Part shown: positions 31,842-42,541 of the stretch, piece by piece | How positions within the stretch are numbered: the first letter of the stretch is position 1 | Layout: each line of letters opens with the position of its first letter | Origin: an uncultured Chloroflexia bacterium | Lineage (GTDB): Bacteria; Chloroflexota; Anaerolineae; CG2-30-64-16 | NCBI GenBank assembly: GCA_963774265.1 | Contig: CAVZDU010000001.1 | Span: 992,001 to 1,056,000 of the forward strand | Length of the DNA stretch: 64,000 nt | Direction: 5' to 3' | Notes under the pieces: generated by a model | Seen by the model: only the letters and a program-made list of their open reading frames with translations | Databases searched by the model: none | Told to the model about the DNA's origin: nothing | Position numbers and translations under genes: made by a program

Positions 31842-33970
31842 GGCTCCTTCTCAGGCGATTGTAATCGTGTGGTGAAGAATCGCGCAATCTCGCTATAGCA
31901 CCGCACTTTGTTCTCCAGCTTCGTCACGTCGTGGCCTTCGTTCTCGAACAGCAGCAGCGAGACGTCCTTGCCCTGCGCCTGGAGCGTCCGGGCCAGGTCC
32001 TCCGACTCGGCGGCGACCACGCGCGGGTCGTTGCGCCCCTGGATGACGAGCATGGGGCACGCCAGTTGGTGCAGGTGGGTGCTGGGCGAGCGTTCGAGCA
32101 GAAACTCCCGGTCGCGCTCGGGGTTGCCCAGCGCAATGTCGTAGTAAGGCTTCCAGGTGGCCGGGATGCGTTCGTAGAAGGTGATCAGGTTGTAGGGGCC
32201 GAACATATCGACCGCAGCCGACCACAGGTCGGGGTGCATCCCCACCTGCATCAGCGTCATGTAGCCGCCGTAGGAGCGGCCGACCACGCCGGCGCGGCGG
32301 GTGTCGACCCGCGGGTGATCGGCCAGGCTCTTCAGCCCGGCCACGTGATCCAGCCGGTCTGCGCCGCCCCAGTCCCGATCGACGCGTTTAGCGTAGTCCA
32401 GGCCGTAGCCGGTGCTGCCCCGCACGTTGGGCACGAAGACGGCCAGCCCGTTGAGGATCAGGAACTGGATGAGCGGGATCGAAAACCAGGTGAAATCGGG
32501 CCGCTCCTGCCCCTGGGGTCCGCCGTGAATGTATACCACAAGTGGGCATTTGCCCATATACCCCAGCTCCGGTGCGGGCAGATAGAGCCGCGCGGGGATG
32601 TGCAGCCCATCGTACGAGGTGTAGCCGGCGTCCTCGCCCCCGGCCAGCAGTTCCGGGGGGATGCCGAGCACGCGGTTGCGGGTGAGGAAGGTGACGTTCT
32701 TGCTCGTCCTGCCCTCCGCCGCCGCAAGCAGCGGGCTGACGTCCGTCACGAGCACGATCTGCGATGGGGAGGTGGCGGTCGAAAAGCTGATCGCATAGGC
32801 CGCGGCCGGCTCATCGTAGCGGATCGATTCGGTTACGCCGTTGGCAAGCTGCCCGTCTCCGCAGATCACGGTGCCGAGGGTCATGCGCCGGGCGGCCTCC
32901 TGGAAGGTCCCCTCGTAGGCCCATGACGTGCCGTCGATGTTGTAACGCACGAGGTAGCGGTTGGCCGCCAGGTGCTCCACTGACTCCAGCTCGCCGTCGC
33001 CTGAATGGACTGTGCCGGCGATCTCGACCGGCTGCACGCCCTCAGGCTGGCCGATCGTGAACCAGGCCAGGCCACCGCGATCGTCGAACAGCGTGCAGTG
33101 CATGAGAATGCCGTCAGTCCCCACCGGGTGGGCGCTGTGAATGCCGTTGAGCGGGACGCGCTGCCCCGCCGCGCGCTGCGACATGGGTACGCCGAAGATC
33201 GGCCGCAGCGCGCCCACAGCCGGAGAGCCCACCTGCGCCGCGCCGGAGAGTGCAGCCGAAGAGCCCCCCTGAGCATCCTGAGCGGAGGGCGTCAGCCCGG
33301 AGTCGAAGGATGCGGCCTGGCGCGCGGAACTCCCCGCCTCCGCCGACTGCGCAGCGCGAACCGATGTGCTGCTCCGCTCAGGATGCTCGGATTGTTTCGC
33401 AGGACGCTCCCACAGGAATAGCGCGACGTCGCCTTCTTCGTAGCCCTCGCCCAGCACCACGCGTGTCAGATCCTCGTTCGCGCCGCCCACGCGGAACCCG
33501 TACGGGCTGGAGCCCAGCAGCGTCAGCTCACCCGAATTCAGGTCGGCCCGGTACGTGTCGACGATGGGTTCGCTGCGGTGATCCACGCCGAGGATGATCA
33601 GGTTGCGCTCCGCGTCCGCGTGGTCGAGAATGCATTGCATCCCGGCGAACTGGGGGAACAACGGCTCAGGGATGCCGCCGGCCAGGGGCACGACCATCGG
33701 CTGATAGTTCTCGTCGCCGTTTTGGTCGATCATCACGATCACCTTGCCGAGCTTCGGGAATGCGTAGAACGGCAGCGCCTCCAGCAGGATGGGCGTCATC
33801 AGCGCCACATCGGGCGGCAGCAGCGGCTCGGGCACGCTCCCCACCCGGTCCATCGCGTAAAGGCTCAGGCGGCCGGAGAGGTCGCTGATGAAATAGATGC
33901 GGCCTGCAGCCAGCTGCGGCTGGAGGAACAGCCGTGCGGCCAACAATGATTCAACTTTGAAGCGAGACAT
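31838..33970 (-). CDS. S9 family (prolyl oligopeptidase / acylaminoacyl) peptidase
   Basis: HGGP, PNVRGSTGYG, GRSYGG (Ser), NDPRV (Asp) and EGH (His). Confidence 0.9.
33271..33388. repeat. Palindromic element lying within the S9 peptidase reading frame
   Basis: 17-bp terminal IR GAGCATCCTGAGCGGAG / CTCCGCTCAGGATGCTC with internal AGTCGAAGGA. Confidence 0.75.
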
Positions 33971-33994
33971 TCTTTGACTCCTGCATCGTTAAGA

Positions 33995-34683
33995 TTACCA
34001 CCGATAGGATTTGCGGCGCCGTGCCTTGCTGATCCACGGCAGGCACAACACCAGCCCTGCCACAAACCCGCCGATGTGCGCGAACCAGGCGGTGCCCCCC
34101 ATTTGGCTCACCCCAAACGACATCACGCCGTTGAGGAGCTGCAGCACGAACCACAGCCCGAGCACGAGGACTGCAGGCAGGGCTGCGATGCGCGCGAACA
34201 GGCCCAGGAAGATCAGGGTGTCGACCCGTGCGGCGGGGAAGAAGAGCAGATAGGCGGCCAGCACGCCCGCGATCGCGCCGCTCGCGCCGATGCCTGGCAC
34301 GTCGATCCCCACGACGAGAAGACCTGGGCAGCACTGGCCGCAAAGCCGCAGGCGAAGTAGAAGATCGTGAACCAGACCCTGCCCAGCACATCCTCGACAT
34401 TGTTGCCGAAGATCCACAGGTAGAGCATATTGCCCAGGATATGCATGAAGCCGCCGTGCATGAACATCGACGTCACGAAGGTCAGCAACGTCATCGGGCC
34501 GGGGTCGGACGCGACGCGTGCGGGCACGACGCCCCACGTGTACACGGCCTGCTGCAGCGCCTCTTCGCCGCCGCCGCCCAGGAGGAGCATTTGCAGCGCG
34601 AAGACGACGATGTTGATGGCGATGAGCACGATCGTGACGACCGGGAAGCGGGTGGTTGGGAGGCGGTCTCGGATGGGAAACAT
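33995..34683 (-). CDS. Rhomboid intramembrane serine protease (frameshift near 34310)
   Basis: SMFMHGGFMHILGNMLYLWIFG, GASGAIAG and AHIGGF. Confidence 0.9.
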
Positions 34684-34686
34684 GGT

Positions 34687-36162
34687 CTACCTCGTCAACT
34701 GCGGGATGATTGCCCCGAATAGTGCGTAGAGGGATGCCAGGGGCAAGGAGGCGAACGGCGCGGCATAGGCCCAGCGCCGCCACCGTTCTCCCAGCAGGCT
34801 CGCCGCGACCAGGCCCACCGCTACAGCGACCGTGAGCGCAAGGGGCCATTTGGGCGCCCCGGCCGCCGGCAGTGATGCAAACCATAGACCCCACGCGGCC
34901 AACGCCACGGCCCAGGTCAGCAGCACCCCCGCCACGATGGCCGCGGTGCGCGGCGCCAATGCCTGTTCCCAACCCGCGGCCAGGAAGATGGCGATGGGGA
35001 TGAGCGCGGTGAACAGGTAGCGGCCCTGGTGCTGGAGAAAGGTGATGTTGTAGTAGACATAGGTGAGCAGGGTGAGGAATGCGGCCAGGGCAAGCAGAAT
35101 TGCAGCGGATGGACCTGCGGGCGTTCGTTGCCGCAAGCCCATCCGTTTGTCCGTTCTCGTCCGTTGCGCCGCGTTCACCACCCACGCCACGATGGGCACG
35201 CTCATCCACAATCCCAACCCATAGTAGGCGCGGCTGTCCAGCCACACGCCCATCCAGCCGAAAACGCCGGCGAAACTCTTGAACGTCCACTCGGCCGCGC
35301 GCCGCCAATAGGCGCCCCAGCCATTCTCAGCGATGTACTGGGCGGTCCGCATCTGGCCAACGACGACCTGGTCGTGGCGTATCAGGCCGAGGAAGTCCGG
35401 CCATCCGTAGATGGTGATGTTGCGCGCGTACCAGGGCAGGGCGATCAAGGCGGCGGGGAGCAGCACGGCCAACCCTTCGAGCAGGATCCGGCGCACGGAC
35501 GCGCGATCCCGGAACCACCGCCACACCAGGACGCCCAAGGCCAGAGGCGCCGCGATATACGCCGTCGTCTTCGTGATCAGGATCAGCCCGAGCAGCACCC
35601 CGAGCAGCAGCGGTGTCATCCGTTCTTCGGCGTTCGGCACCAACACAAACAGCACCGCGGCCAACAGTAGCTCTGCCAACACATCATTGCCCACCTGCGA
35701 CACGGTCCCCAGGTGCTGAGGCAGGAACGCGACGAACGCGGCTGCGCCCAGCGCCACGGCGGGCCGGCCGGGGAGCACGCGGCGTGCCACCCCATAGGCC
35801 AGCGCGACGATGCCCGCGCCCAGCAGCACGGACAGCAGCCGCAGCGCGGTGAGGCTCCCGCGTGTCAGGCGGTAGATCGGTGCGGCAAGCACGTAATAGA
35901 GCGGCGGCTGATGTGATTCGTAGCGAATTGGGGTGACCGGCATGTCCGGCGGGAACTTCGCCTCTTTGATCTGCTCCAGGTAGGCGTGCGGGTAGTCGCC
36001 GAAGTGAAGGACGGGGAAATTGCCGTTCTCGGCCAGGTAAGCGACGTAGTTGTAGTGCGCGGGCTCATCGGGCGCCTGCCACGCCGGGGTGTTGACGGCG
36101 AACAATGCGCCAAGGACGAAATACCCGGCAAGGATGAGAATCAGGATCAGGCGACGCGTCAT
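34687..36162 (-). CDS. GT-C fold membrane glycosyltransferase (PMT_2/DUF2142-like)
   Basis: APDEPAHY, HQPPLYY, LRLLS, ND, TK and QGRYL motifs; many TM segments. Confidence 0.78.
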   Translation of the reverse strand: MTRRLILILILAGYFVLGALFAVNTPAWQAPDEPAHYNYVAYLAENGNFPVLHFGDYPHAYLEQIKEAKFPPDMPVTPIRYESHQPPLYYVLAAPIYRLTRGSLTALRLLSVLLGAGIVALAYGVARRVLPGRPAVALGAAAFVAFLPQHLGTVSQVGNDVLAELLLAAVLFVLVPNAEERMTPLLLGVLLGLILITKTTAYIAAPLALGVLVWRWFRDRASVRRILLEGLAVLLPAALIALPWYARNITIYGWPDFLGLIRHDQVVVGQMRTAQYIAENGWGAYWRRAAEWTFKSFAGVFGWMGVWLDSRAYYGLGLWMSVPIVAWVVNAAQRTRTDKRMGLRQRTPAGPSAAILLALAAFLTLLTYVYYNITFLQHQGRYLFTALIPIAIFLAAGWEQALAPRTAAIVAGVLLTWAVALAAWGLWFASLPAAGAPKWPLALTVAVAVGLVAASLLGERWRRWAYAAPFASLPLASLYALFGAIIPQLTR

Positions 36163-36177
36163 GCAGGTGTCTTTGTG

Positions 36178-38676
36178 TCAGCCGTTACCAGTGGGCAGCA
36201 CATCGCGGCCGCGGGTGCCGCCCTGTTCGGGGCCGATGATGCCATCAGCTTCCATCTGATCGATCAAGCGCGCCGCGCGCGAGTAACCAATGCGCAGACG
36301 GCGCTGGAGCAGGGAGATGCTCGCCTTGCCGGACTTGCGCACCTCCTCGACGGCGTGGCGGTACATGTCGTCCCGGCCTTCAGCGGCGCTCTCGGCGGCT
36401 GCCACATCATCCCACAACGGCTGTTGAAGCGTCTCTTGACCCGGCAGCCACGGCGGCGTCTGCTCCTCTCCGGGTGGGCGACCGAAGGGCCATGGCACGG
36501 CCTCAGGCTCGTCACCACGAGCAGCGTCGTCCGGTGTTGGGGCTGCAGCGGCTGCACCACCGCGCATGAGATCCGCGGGCTCGGTGAACGTGCGCATCCC
36601 GCGCCAGAAGTTGACGAGCCGCGTCGTCTCGCGGTCAGACACGAAGCAGCCCTGGAGGCGCTGGAGCTTGGACTGGTCAGGCGCCATGAAGAGCATGTCG
36701 CCGCGTCCCAACAGTTGTTCTGCGCCGGGGGAGTCGAGGATGACCCTGCTGTCGATTTGCGAGGTGACGGCGAAGGCGATGCGCGCAGGGAAGTTGGCCT
36801 TGATCAGGCCGGTCACCACATCGACCGAGGGGCGCTGGGTGGCCAGCAGCAGGTGCATGCCTGTCGCGCGCGCCATCTGTGCGATGCGGCAGATGTGACG
36901 CTCGACCTCATCCGGCGCGGAAAGCATCAGGTCGGCCAATTCGTCGATGATGATGACGATGAACGGCAGGATGGGTTCCCCGCGCGCGGCGAGCTTGTCG
37001 TTGTAGGCTTCGATATTGCGCGCGCCGGCCTTGGCGAACAGCTTGTAGCGGCGCTCCATCTCCTTAGTCGCCCATTGCAGCACCGGCACCGCGCGCTCGA
37101 CGTCGACGACCACAGGCGCGATCAGGTGGGGGATGCCGTTGTAAACCGTCAGCTCGACGCGCTTCGGATCAATCATCAGAAGGCGCAGTGTGTCGGGTGT
37201 GTGCGTCAGTAAGAGGGAGGTGATGATCGCGTTGATGCAGACCGATTTGCCCGAACCCGTGGCGCCGGCAATGAGCATATGGGGCATGCGCGTCAGGTCC
37301 GCGACGGACGCCTGCCCGGAGACATCGCGGCCCAATCCAAACTGCAACGCGCCCTTCGTGGCGGCCCACTCCTCGGACTCCATGACGCCGCGCAGCGACA
37401 CCAGGGAAATCTGCACGTTCGGCACCTCGACGCCGACGAAGTCGCGGCCGGGCACGGGCGCTTCGATGCGGATGGGGGATGCGGCGAGCGCCAGCGACAG
37501 GTCGTTGGACAGCGCCTGAATCTGCGAGACGCGCACCTTGATGTGCTTTTCCTCGCCCTTGCGGTCCTTGCGCACGATCACGCCGGGGCGCAGGCCGAAC
37601 TGGGTGACCGCGGGACCCTGGTTGACCTCCACGACGCTGACAGGCACGCCGAACCCGGCGAGGGTTTGCTCGATGATCTGCACTCGACGGCGCAGGTCTT
37701 CTTGCTGGATGTCGTTTTCGCTGACGTCATCCAGGATGTCGCTCAGGACGGGTGTGCGCCAGGTCTGTCCACCCCCGCCGATGATGCGCGGCTCCCGCTG
37801 GGCGGGACCCGCAGGGGCGGACGGCGTGGGGGTCATCCCGCGATTGGCCGGCTCCGCGGCGGTTTTGCCGTTGGAGGGCGCGGACAGCGCGGCTTTGCCC
37901 GCGGCCGCGCCCCGGCCGGACTGCCCCTGTCCGTTGATGACGGGCCGGCCGACGCTCGTTGACTCCCAGGGTGGCAGGACTGCGGCTTCGCGCTCGGGGA
38001 CGATCTTGCGCCACAACCGCAGGAAGGGATTGGGCTCGCGCGGCTCGCCCAGGGGCAGCGGTGGGTTGATGCGTGCACCGGCAGGGCCCTTGGAGAGCCC
38101 GGGCTTCTGAGCGGAATCGGGCTTGTTGAGTAACCGCGTCCACGTGGCCGCTAGCGTCCCGATGACATCGGCCAGTGAACGTCCGGAGATCGCCACAAAA
38201 GATGAAGTCAGGATGATGAGCAGCAGGACCGCGGCCACGACGACGCCCAAGCCGCCGACGAGGGCGCCGCTCAGAAGCCATCCGATGAAGCCGCCGCCTT
38301 GCCCATCCAGCGCAGGCTGCGTAACGTCGGGCAGGCCGGCGATCAGGTGCGCAAACCCCTCGAACGCCATGAACAGGCCGAGCGCGCCGGCTATCCGCCA
38401 GGCCGACCAGCGCTCACCTTCGGTTACATCTCTCAGGGCAAGCCACACCCCGAATCCGCCGATCAGGAACGGCGTGAGCCACATCCCCACCCCGAAGAAG
38501 CTTCGGAGTCCGTCGACCGCAGCTTGCGTCAGCTCACCTCGGCTGGGCGAGAGCAGGCTGAGCAAAGTCAGAATCGCCAGGAGCACAAGGATGCTGCCGG
38601 CGATCTCACCTCTCAGCAATTGGCCCAGGGAAGGGCCGGAATTGGGCTTGCTACGAGTACGTTTCTTGGTTGGCAT
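36178..38676 (-). CDS. ftsK: DNA translocase FtsK/SpoIIIE
   Basis: N-terminal TMs; PHMLIAGATGSGKS, IDELADLM, ATQRPS and gamma domain LQRRLRIGYSRAARL. Confidence 0.95.
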   Translation of the reverse strand: MPTKKRTRSKPNSGPSLGQLLRGEIAGSILVLLAILTLLSLLSPSRGELTQAAVDGLRSFFGVGMWLTPFLIGGFGVWLALRDVTEGERWSAWRIAGALGLFMAFEGFAHLIAGLPDVTQPALDGQGGGFIGWLLSGALVGGLGVVVAAVLLLIILTSSFVAISGRSLADVIGTLAATWTRLLNKPDSAQKPGLSKGPAGARINPPLPLGEPREPNPFLRLWRKIVPEREAAVLPPWESTSVGRPVINGQGQSGRGAAAGKAALSAPSNGKTAAEPANRGMTPTPSAPAGPAQREPRIIGGGGQTWRTPVLSDILDDVSENDIQQEDLRRRVQIIEQTLAGFGVPVSVVEVNQGPAVTQFGLRPGVIVRKDRKGEEKHIKVRVSQIQALSNDLSLALAASPIRIEAPVPGRDFVGVEVPNVQISLVSLRGVMESEEWAATKGALQFGLGRDVSGQASVADLTRMPHMLIAGATGSGKSVCINAIITSLLLTHTPDTLRLLMIDPKRVELTVYNGIPHLIAPVVVDVERAVPVLQWATKEMERRYKLFAKAGARNIEAYNDKLAARGEPILPFIVIIIDELADLMLSAPDEVERHICRIAQMARATGMHLLLATQRPSVDVVTGLIKANFPARIAFAVTSQIDSRVILDSPGAEQLLGRGDMLFMAPDQSKLQRLQGCFVSDRETTRLVNFWRGMRTFTEPADLMRGGAAAAAPTPDDAARGDEPEAVPWPFGRPPGEEQTPPWLPGQETLQQPLWDDVAAAESAAEGRDDMYRHAVEEVRKSGKASISLLQRRLRIGYSRAARLIDQMEADGIIGPEQGGTRGRDVLPTGNG

Positions 38677-38716
38677 AATAACCAGTGCAAATGTTCGTAA
38701 TGACTAAAGTATACCA

Positions 38717-39893
38717 CTAATTCCCGTTACTGTCATCCTGAGGGGGGTGCTCAACTGCAGAGGCAATGATCGCCGCGTAACACCGTTGGGCCGAGATCAG
38801 GTCCGCCGCCGCCACCCATTCGTCAGCGATGTGCGCTTCGGCCAGTGTGCCGGGGCCGAGGATGAAGGAAGGGATGGCGCGCCGTCCGGCGCTTTCGGAG
38901 GCGTTGGTTCCGCAGGGCGCGGCGAAGATCTCTGGCGGCAGGCCGGCGGAGGACAGCGCGGAGAGGATGCGAAGCCGCCAGGGATCATCCGGCGGGCAGC
39001 GCCAGGGAGGGAGGAAATCGACCGCTTCGAGTTGCGCCCCGGTATAGCACGTTTGGCGTAATGTCTCGATGGCCACGGTCACCCCAGGCAGATCGGACAA
39101 GGCGGCGCGGCAAGCCTGCGATGAAGCTCTCTGGCGTCTCGCCGGGCAGGGTGCGCGCCACAAAGCGGGCGTGACAACCGGCAGGGACGAGGGCCTGGTT
39201 GGGTAGCGGCTCGGACGCGAGCTCGACCAGCTCCAGGACACCTGACCCGAGCTCCGCGTCGAGGGCTTGTGGCAGGCTGCGCAGTCGCCCGATTGCCTCG
39301 ATCATCTTGTATGCGGCATTGTCGCCCAAATCGGGGCGCGAGGTGTGGGCACTGCGGCCGCTGGCGTGGAGGCGGATGGTTGCCCGGCCCTTCTGCGCCA
39401 CACCCAATCGCAGCCCCGTGGGCTCGCCCGTGATGACGACATCGGGTCGGGTGCGGTCAAGCACGTGACCCAGCGCGACCCCGGTCAGGTTCTCCTCGCA
39501 GACGGTGGCGGCAATGATGACATCCCCCTGCAGCCGTTCAGCACTGCTTGCAGCGCAGAGCATGGCGGCGAGCGATCCCTTTGTGTCTGCTGCGCCCCGG
39601 CCGTAGAGCCGGCCGCCGGTGATCTCGCCACCATACGGATCGTGCTGCCAAGGCTCGGGACCCGGGTCCACCACGTCCATGTGGCCGTCGAAGAGGATCG
39701 CGGGACTAGGCCCCCCGCCGTGACGGCAGCCGACGACACTGCCCCAGGCATCGACCTCCACACGGTCGAAGCCGAGAGCGGTCATGACGTCTGCGACGCA
39801 GGCCGCGAGCGCGGCCTCACCCCCGGAGGCGCTTGGGATACGGATGAGGGTGCGAGCCAGGGAGATGACGTCCAAGTCGGCGGAGCGCGTCAT
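38717..39893 (-). CDS. M20 family metallo-hydrolase (ArgE/DapE/YgeY-like), frameshift near 39120
   Basis: DGHMDVV, GRGAADTKG, CEE, GEPT, GRSAH and AHIADE. Confidence 0.85.
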
Positions 39894-39896
39894 TCG

Positions 39897-40781
39897 CTAC
39901 TGCAGGTTCTTCATTCGGGGATCCAGCACGTCACGGAGGCCATCGCCGAGCAGGTTGAAGCCCAGCACCGTGAGTGAGATGGCGATGCCGGGAAACAAGA
40001 CGGTGTGCGGCGCGCTCTCCATGAATTTGCGACCATCGTTGAGCATGGTCCCCCAGCTTGCGGCTGGAGGCGGGATGCCCAGGCCAAGAAAGCTGAGTGA
40101 CGCCTCGACGACGATTGCCGTCGCGAAGTAGGTGGTCGTGACGACGATCAGCGGTGCGAGGATGTTCGGCAGGATGTGCCGGGCCATGATGATCACATGG
40201 CGCTGGCCGACGCAGCGCGCGGCTTCAATGTATTCTTTCTCCCGCTCGGCCAGCACCGACGCGCGCACCGTGCGCGCGAAAATGGGGATGCGCACGATGG
40301 CTATTGCTGTCATCACTGTAAACAGGCCTGGCGCGAACACTGCCACCAGGACGAGCGCCAGGAGGATGGCCGGGAACGCATAGATCGCGTCCATCGCGGC
40401 CATGATGACGGTGTCGGTGCGGCCGCCGACATAGCCGGCAAGCGCACCCAGGATCAGCCCGACCAGTGTGCCCAGCGCCACCGACACAACACCGACCTGC
40501 AAGGAGATGCGCGTGCCGTAGAGCACGCGCGTGAAGATGTCGCGACCAAGGTGGTCGGCGCCCATGAGATGCTCGGCACTCGGCGGTTGGAGGCGATCGG
40601 CCAGGTTGAGGGCCACCGGACTATACGGGGCCAGCATGGGGCCGAAGATGGCTGCCAGCACGACGAGTGCCGAGATAATCAAACCGATACGCGCCAGCGT
40701 ATTGCGCCATAGCCGCGCCGCGAGGCTCCGGCCCTTTTTGGGGGGCCGGATGACGTCGATCGGCGCGGAGATGGCGGTCAT
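39897..40781 (-). CDS. Peptide/nickel ABC transporter permease (DppC-like)
   Basis: GADHLGRD, EYIEAARCVG, HILPN and SFLGLG. Confidence 0.92.
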   Translation of the reverse strand: MTAISAPIDVIRPPKKGRSLAARLWRNTLARIGLIISALVVLAAIFGPMLAPYSPVALNLADRLQPPSAEHLMGADHLGRDIFTRVLYGTRISLQVGVVSVALGTLVGLILGALAGYVGGRTDTVIMAAMDAIYAFPAILLALVLVAVFAPGLFTVMTAIAIVRIPIFARTVRASVLAEREKEYIEAARCVGQRHVIIMARHILPNILAPLIVVTTTYFATAIVVEASLSFLGLGIPPPAASWGTMLNDGRKFMESAPHTVLFPGIAISLTVLGFNLLGDGLRDVLDPRMKNLQ

Positions 40782-40795
40782 AGCATCAATCCCGT

Positions 40796-40825
40796 TGTAG
40801 AGACGTTGCATGCAACGTCTCTACA
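40796..40825. repeat. REP-like palindrome, intergenic
   Basis: Identical to the 27381-27410 palindrome. Confidence 0.9.
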
Positions 40826-40836
40826 CGCGCCCTTCA

Positions 40837-42504
40837 CTACTTGTCCAACCAGGTGACGTTCAGACCGTCCGATGCATCCATCATCATCAGGGCCGGCGAC
40901 GTGCCCGGCTGGTAGCCCTTGACGGTGTTGAGCCATGCTTCGTTCCACGGCAGGCCCAGCACGTAGATGGTCGCCGCGTCGTCCTGAACGAGCTGCACGA
41001 CCTGCTTGTAGATCGCCTGGCGCTTGGCGACGTCGACTTCGGCCTTGCCCGCAGCGAGCAGTTCGTTCATCTTTGGCGAGTCGTAACCGCCGACGAGCCA
41101 GCTGCCGCCGCTCGCCTTGGTCAGGTAGCCATACGGGCGGTCGGGATCGAAGATGCCCGTCATGGTGCCCAGGAGTAGGTCATAGTCATAGGCCTGGCCC
41201 TTGCTGTTCCAGGCGGCCGAGTCGACCACGTCAAACTCCACGGCGAAGCCTATCTGTCCGAGCATGGCCTGGATGACCTCGCCCTTGTCCTTTTGGTTGG
41301 CCATCAGCAGGAACTTGACGGGCGTGCCCTCGGCCAAACCGCTGGCCTTGAAGTACTCTTTGGCCTTCGCCAGATCAGGCATGATCGTGGGCACATCAAG
41401 CCGCCACACGTTGTCAGGCGTGAAGGGCTGATTGTGCACCTGGCCCAGGCCAAAGAAGATGGCCTCGTTGTATTGGTCCCGGTCAAAGACCGCCTGCAGG
41501 GCAAGGCGTGCGTCCTTGTTATTGAACGGTGCGCGGGTGTGGTTCATCACCAGGCGCTCGCCCGAGTTGATATAGTAAACCTGGACGGTGAAGTTCGGGT
41601 CGGGTGCGTCCACCAGCTTCTTCACGTCCGCGATGGGCAGTTCCTCGGCCATGTCGATCTCGCCGGTGCGCAGCGCAGTCAGGCGCACGACCGGATCCGT
41701 GATCACCCTGAGCACCACGCCGTCGAGCAACGGTTCACCGGGCTTCCAGTAGTTCGGGTTCTTCTTGAGAGTGTACGACTCGCCCGGCTTGGATTCATCC
41801 ATCATGAACGGGCCGGTGCCGATGATCTTGGCGACTTTGCCCTCGGCGTCGTAGCTGTCTTTGTGGATGATGGCCGAGCGGTTGAGCAGCGCCAGGTACG
41901 AGGGGAACGGGCCCATGCCGCTTTCGATGGTGAACTTGATTGTGCCCTTATCAACGACCTCCGATTGGAGCTTGATGCCCGCGTAGGCGCTGCGCTGGGC
42001 TGCGCCGGCCTTCTCATCCAGGATGCGGTCGAAGATCCACTTGACATCGTCGGCCGTCAGCTCCTGGCCGTTGTGGAACTTGACGCCGGGGCGCAGCTTG
42101 AATGTCCACGTCTTGCCATCGGCTGAGGTCTCCCAGCTTTCAGCCAACACGCCAACGAACTTGCCCGTGCGGTCCGGCGCGACAAGCTGCTGGGCCACCA
42201 GGATATTCAGGCGGATGTCGCCGTACTGGATGGCCTTCAGCGGGTCCATCGAAGTAACGTCTTCCTTCATGGCGAAGGTCAGCACGCCACCGGTCTTGGG
42301 CTGGCCGGCAGGCGGTTCTGTTGCAGCAGGCGCCTTCGTGGCCTCGGGCTGCGCGGCAGGTGCGGTCGTGGCTGCAGGCTGCGCCGCGGGCGCGGTCGTC
42401 GCCGCTGGTTGCACGGGCTGCGCCGGGGGCGCAGTGCACGCGCCCAGCACCATCGCCAGGGCTGCCAGCAGGGCGAACAGGATGAATAATTTAGATTTTC
42501 TCAC
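40837..42504 (-). CDS. ABC transporter family 5 substrate-binding lipoprotein (DppA-like)
   Basis: Lipobox LGAC, Pro/Ala linker, LAESWE, VKFHNG and GTGPF. Confidence 0.92.
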   Translation of the reverse strand: MRKSKLFILFALLAALAMVLGACTAPPAQPVQPAATTAPAAQPAATTAPAAQPEATKAPAATEPPAGQPKTGGVLTFAMKEDVTSMDPLKAIQYGDIRLNILVAQQLVAPDRTGKFVGVLAESWETSADGKTWTFKLRPGVKFHNGQELTADDVKWIFDRILDEKAGAAQRSAYAGIKLQSEVVDKGTIKFTIESGMGPFPSYLALLNRSAIIHKDSYDAEGKVAKIIGTGPFMMDESKPGESYTLKKNPNYWKPGEPLLDGVVLRVITDPVVRLTALRTGEIDMAEELPIADVKKLVDAPDPNFTVQVYYINSGERLVMNHTRAPFNNKDARLALQAVFDRDQYNEAIFFGLGQVHNQPFTPDNVWRLDVPTIMPDLAKAKEYFKASGLAEGTPVKFLLMANQKDKGEVIQAMLGQIGFAVEFDVVDSAAWNSKGQAYDYDLLLGTMTGIFDPDRPYGYLTKASGGSWLVGGYDSPKMNELLAAGKAEVDVAKRQAIYKQVVQLVQDDAATIYVLGLPWNEAWLNTVKGYQPGTSPALMMMDASDGLNVTWLDK

Positions 42505-42541
42505 ACGGTCCTCCTTAGATTTCACTCATTACGCATCCGGC

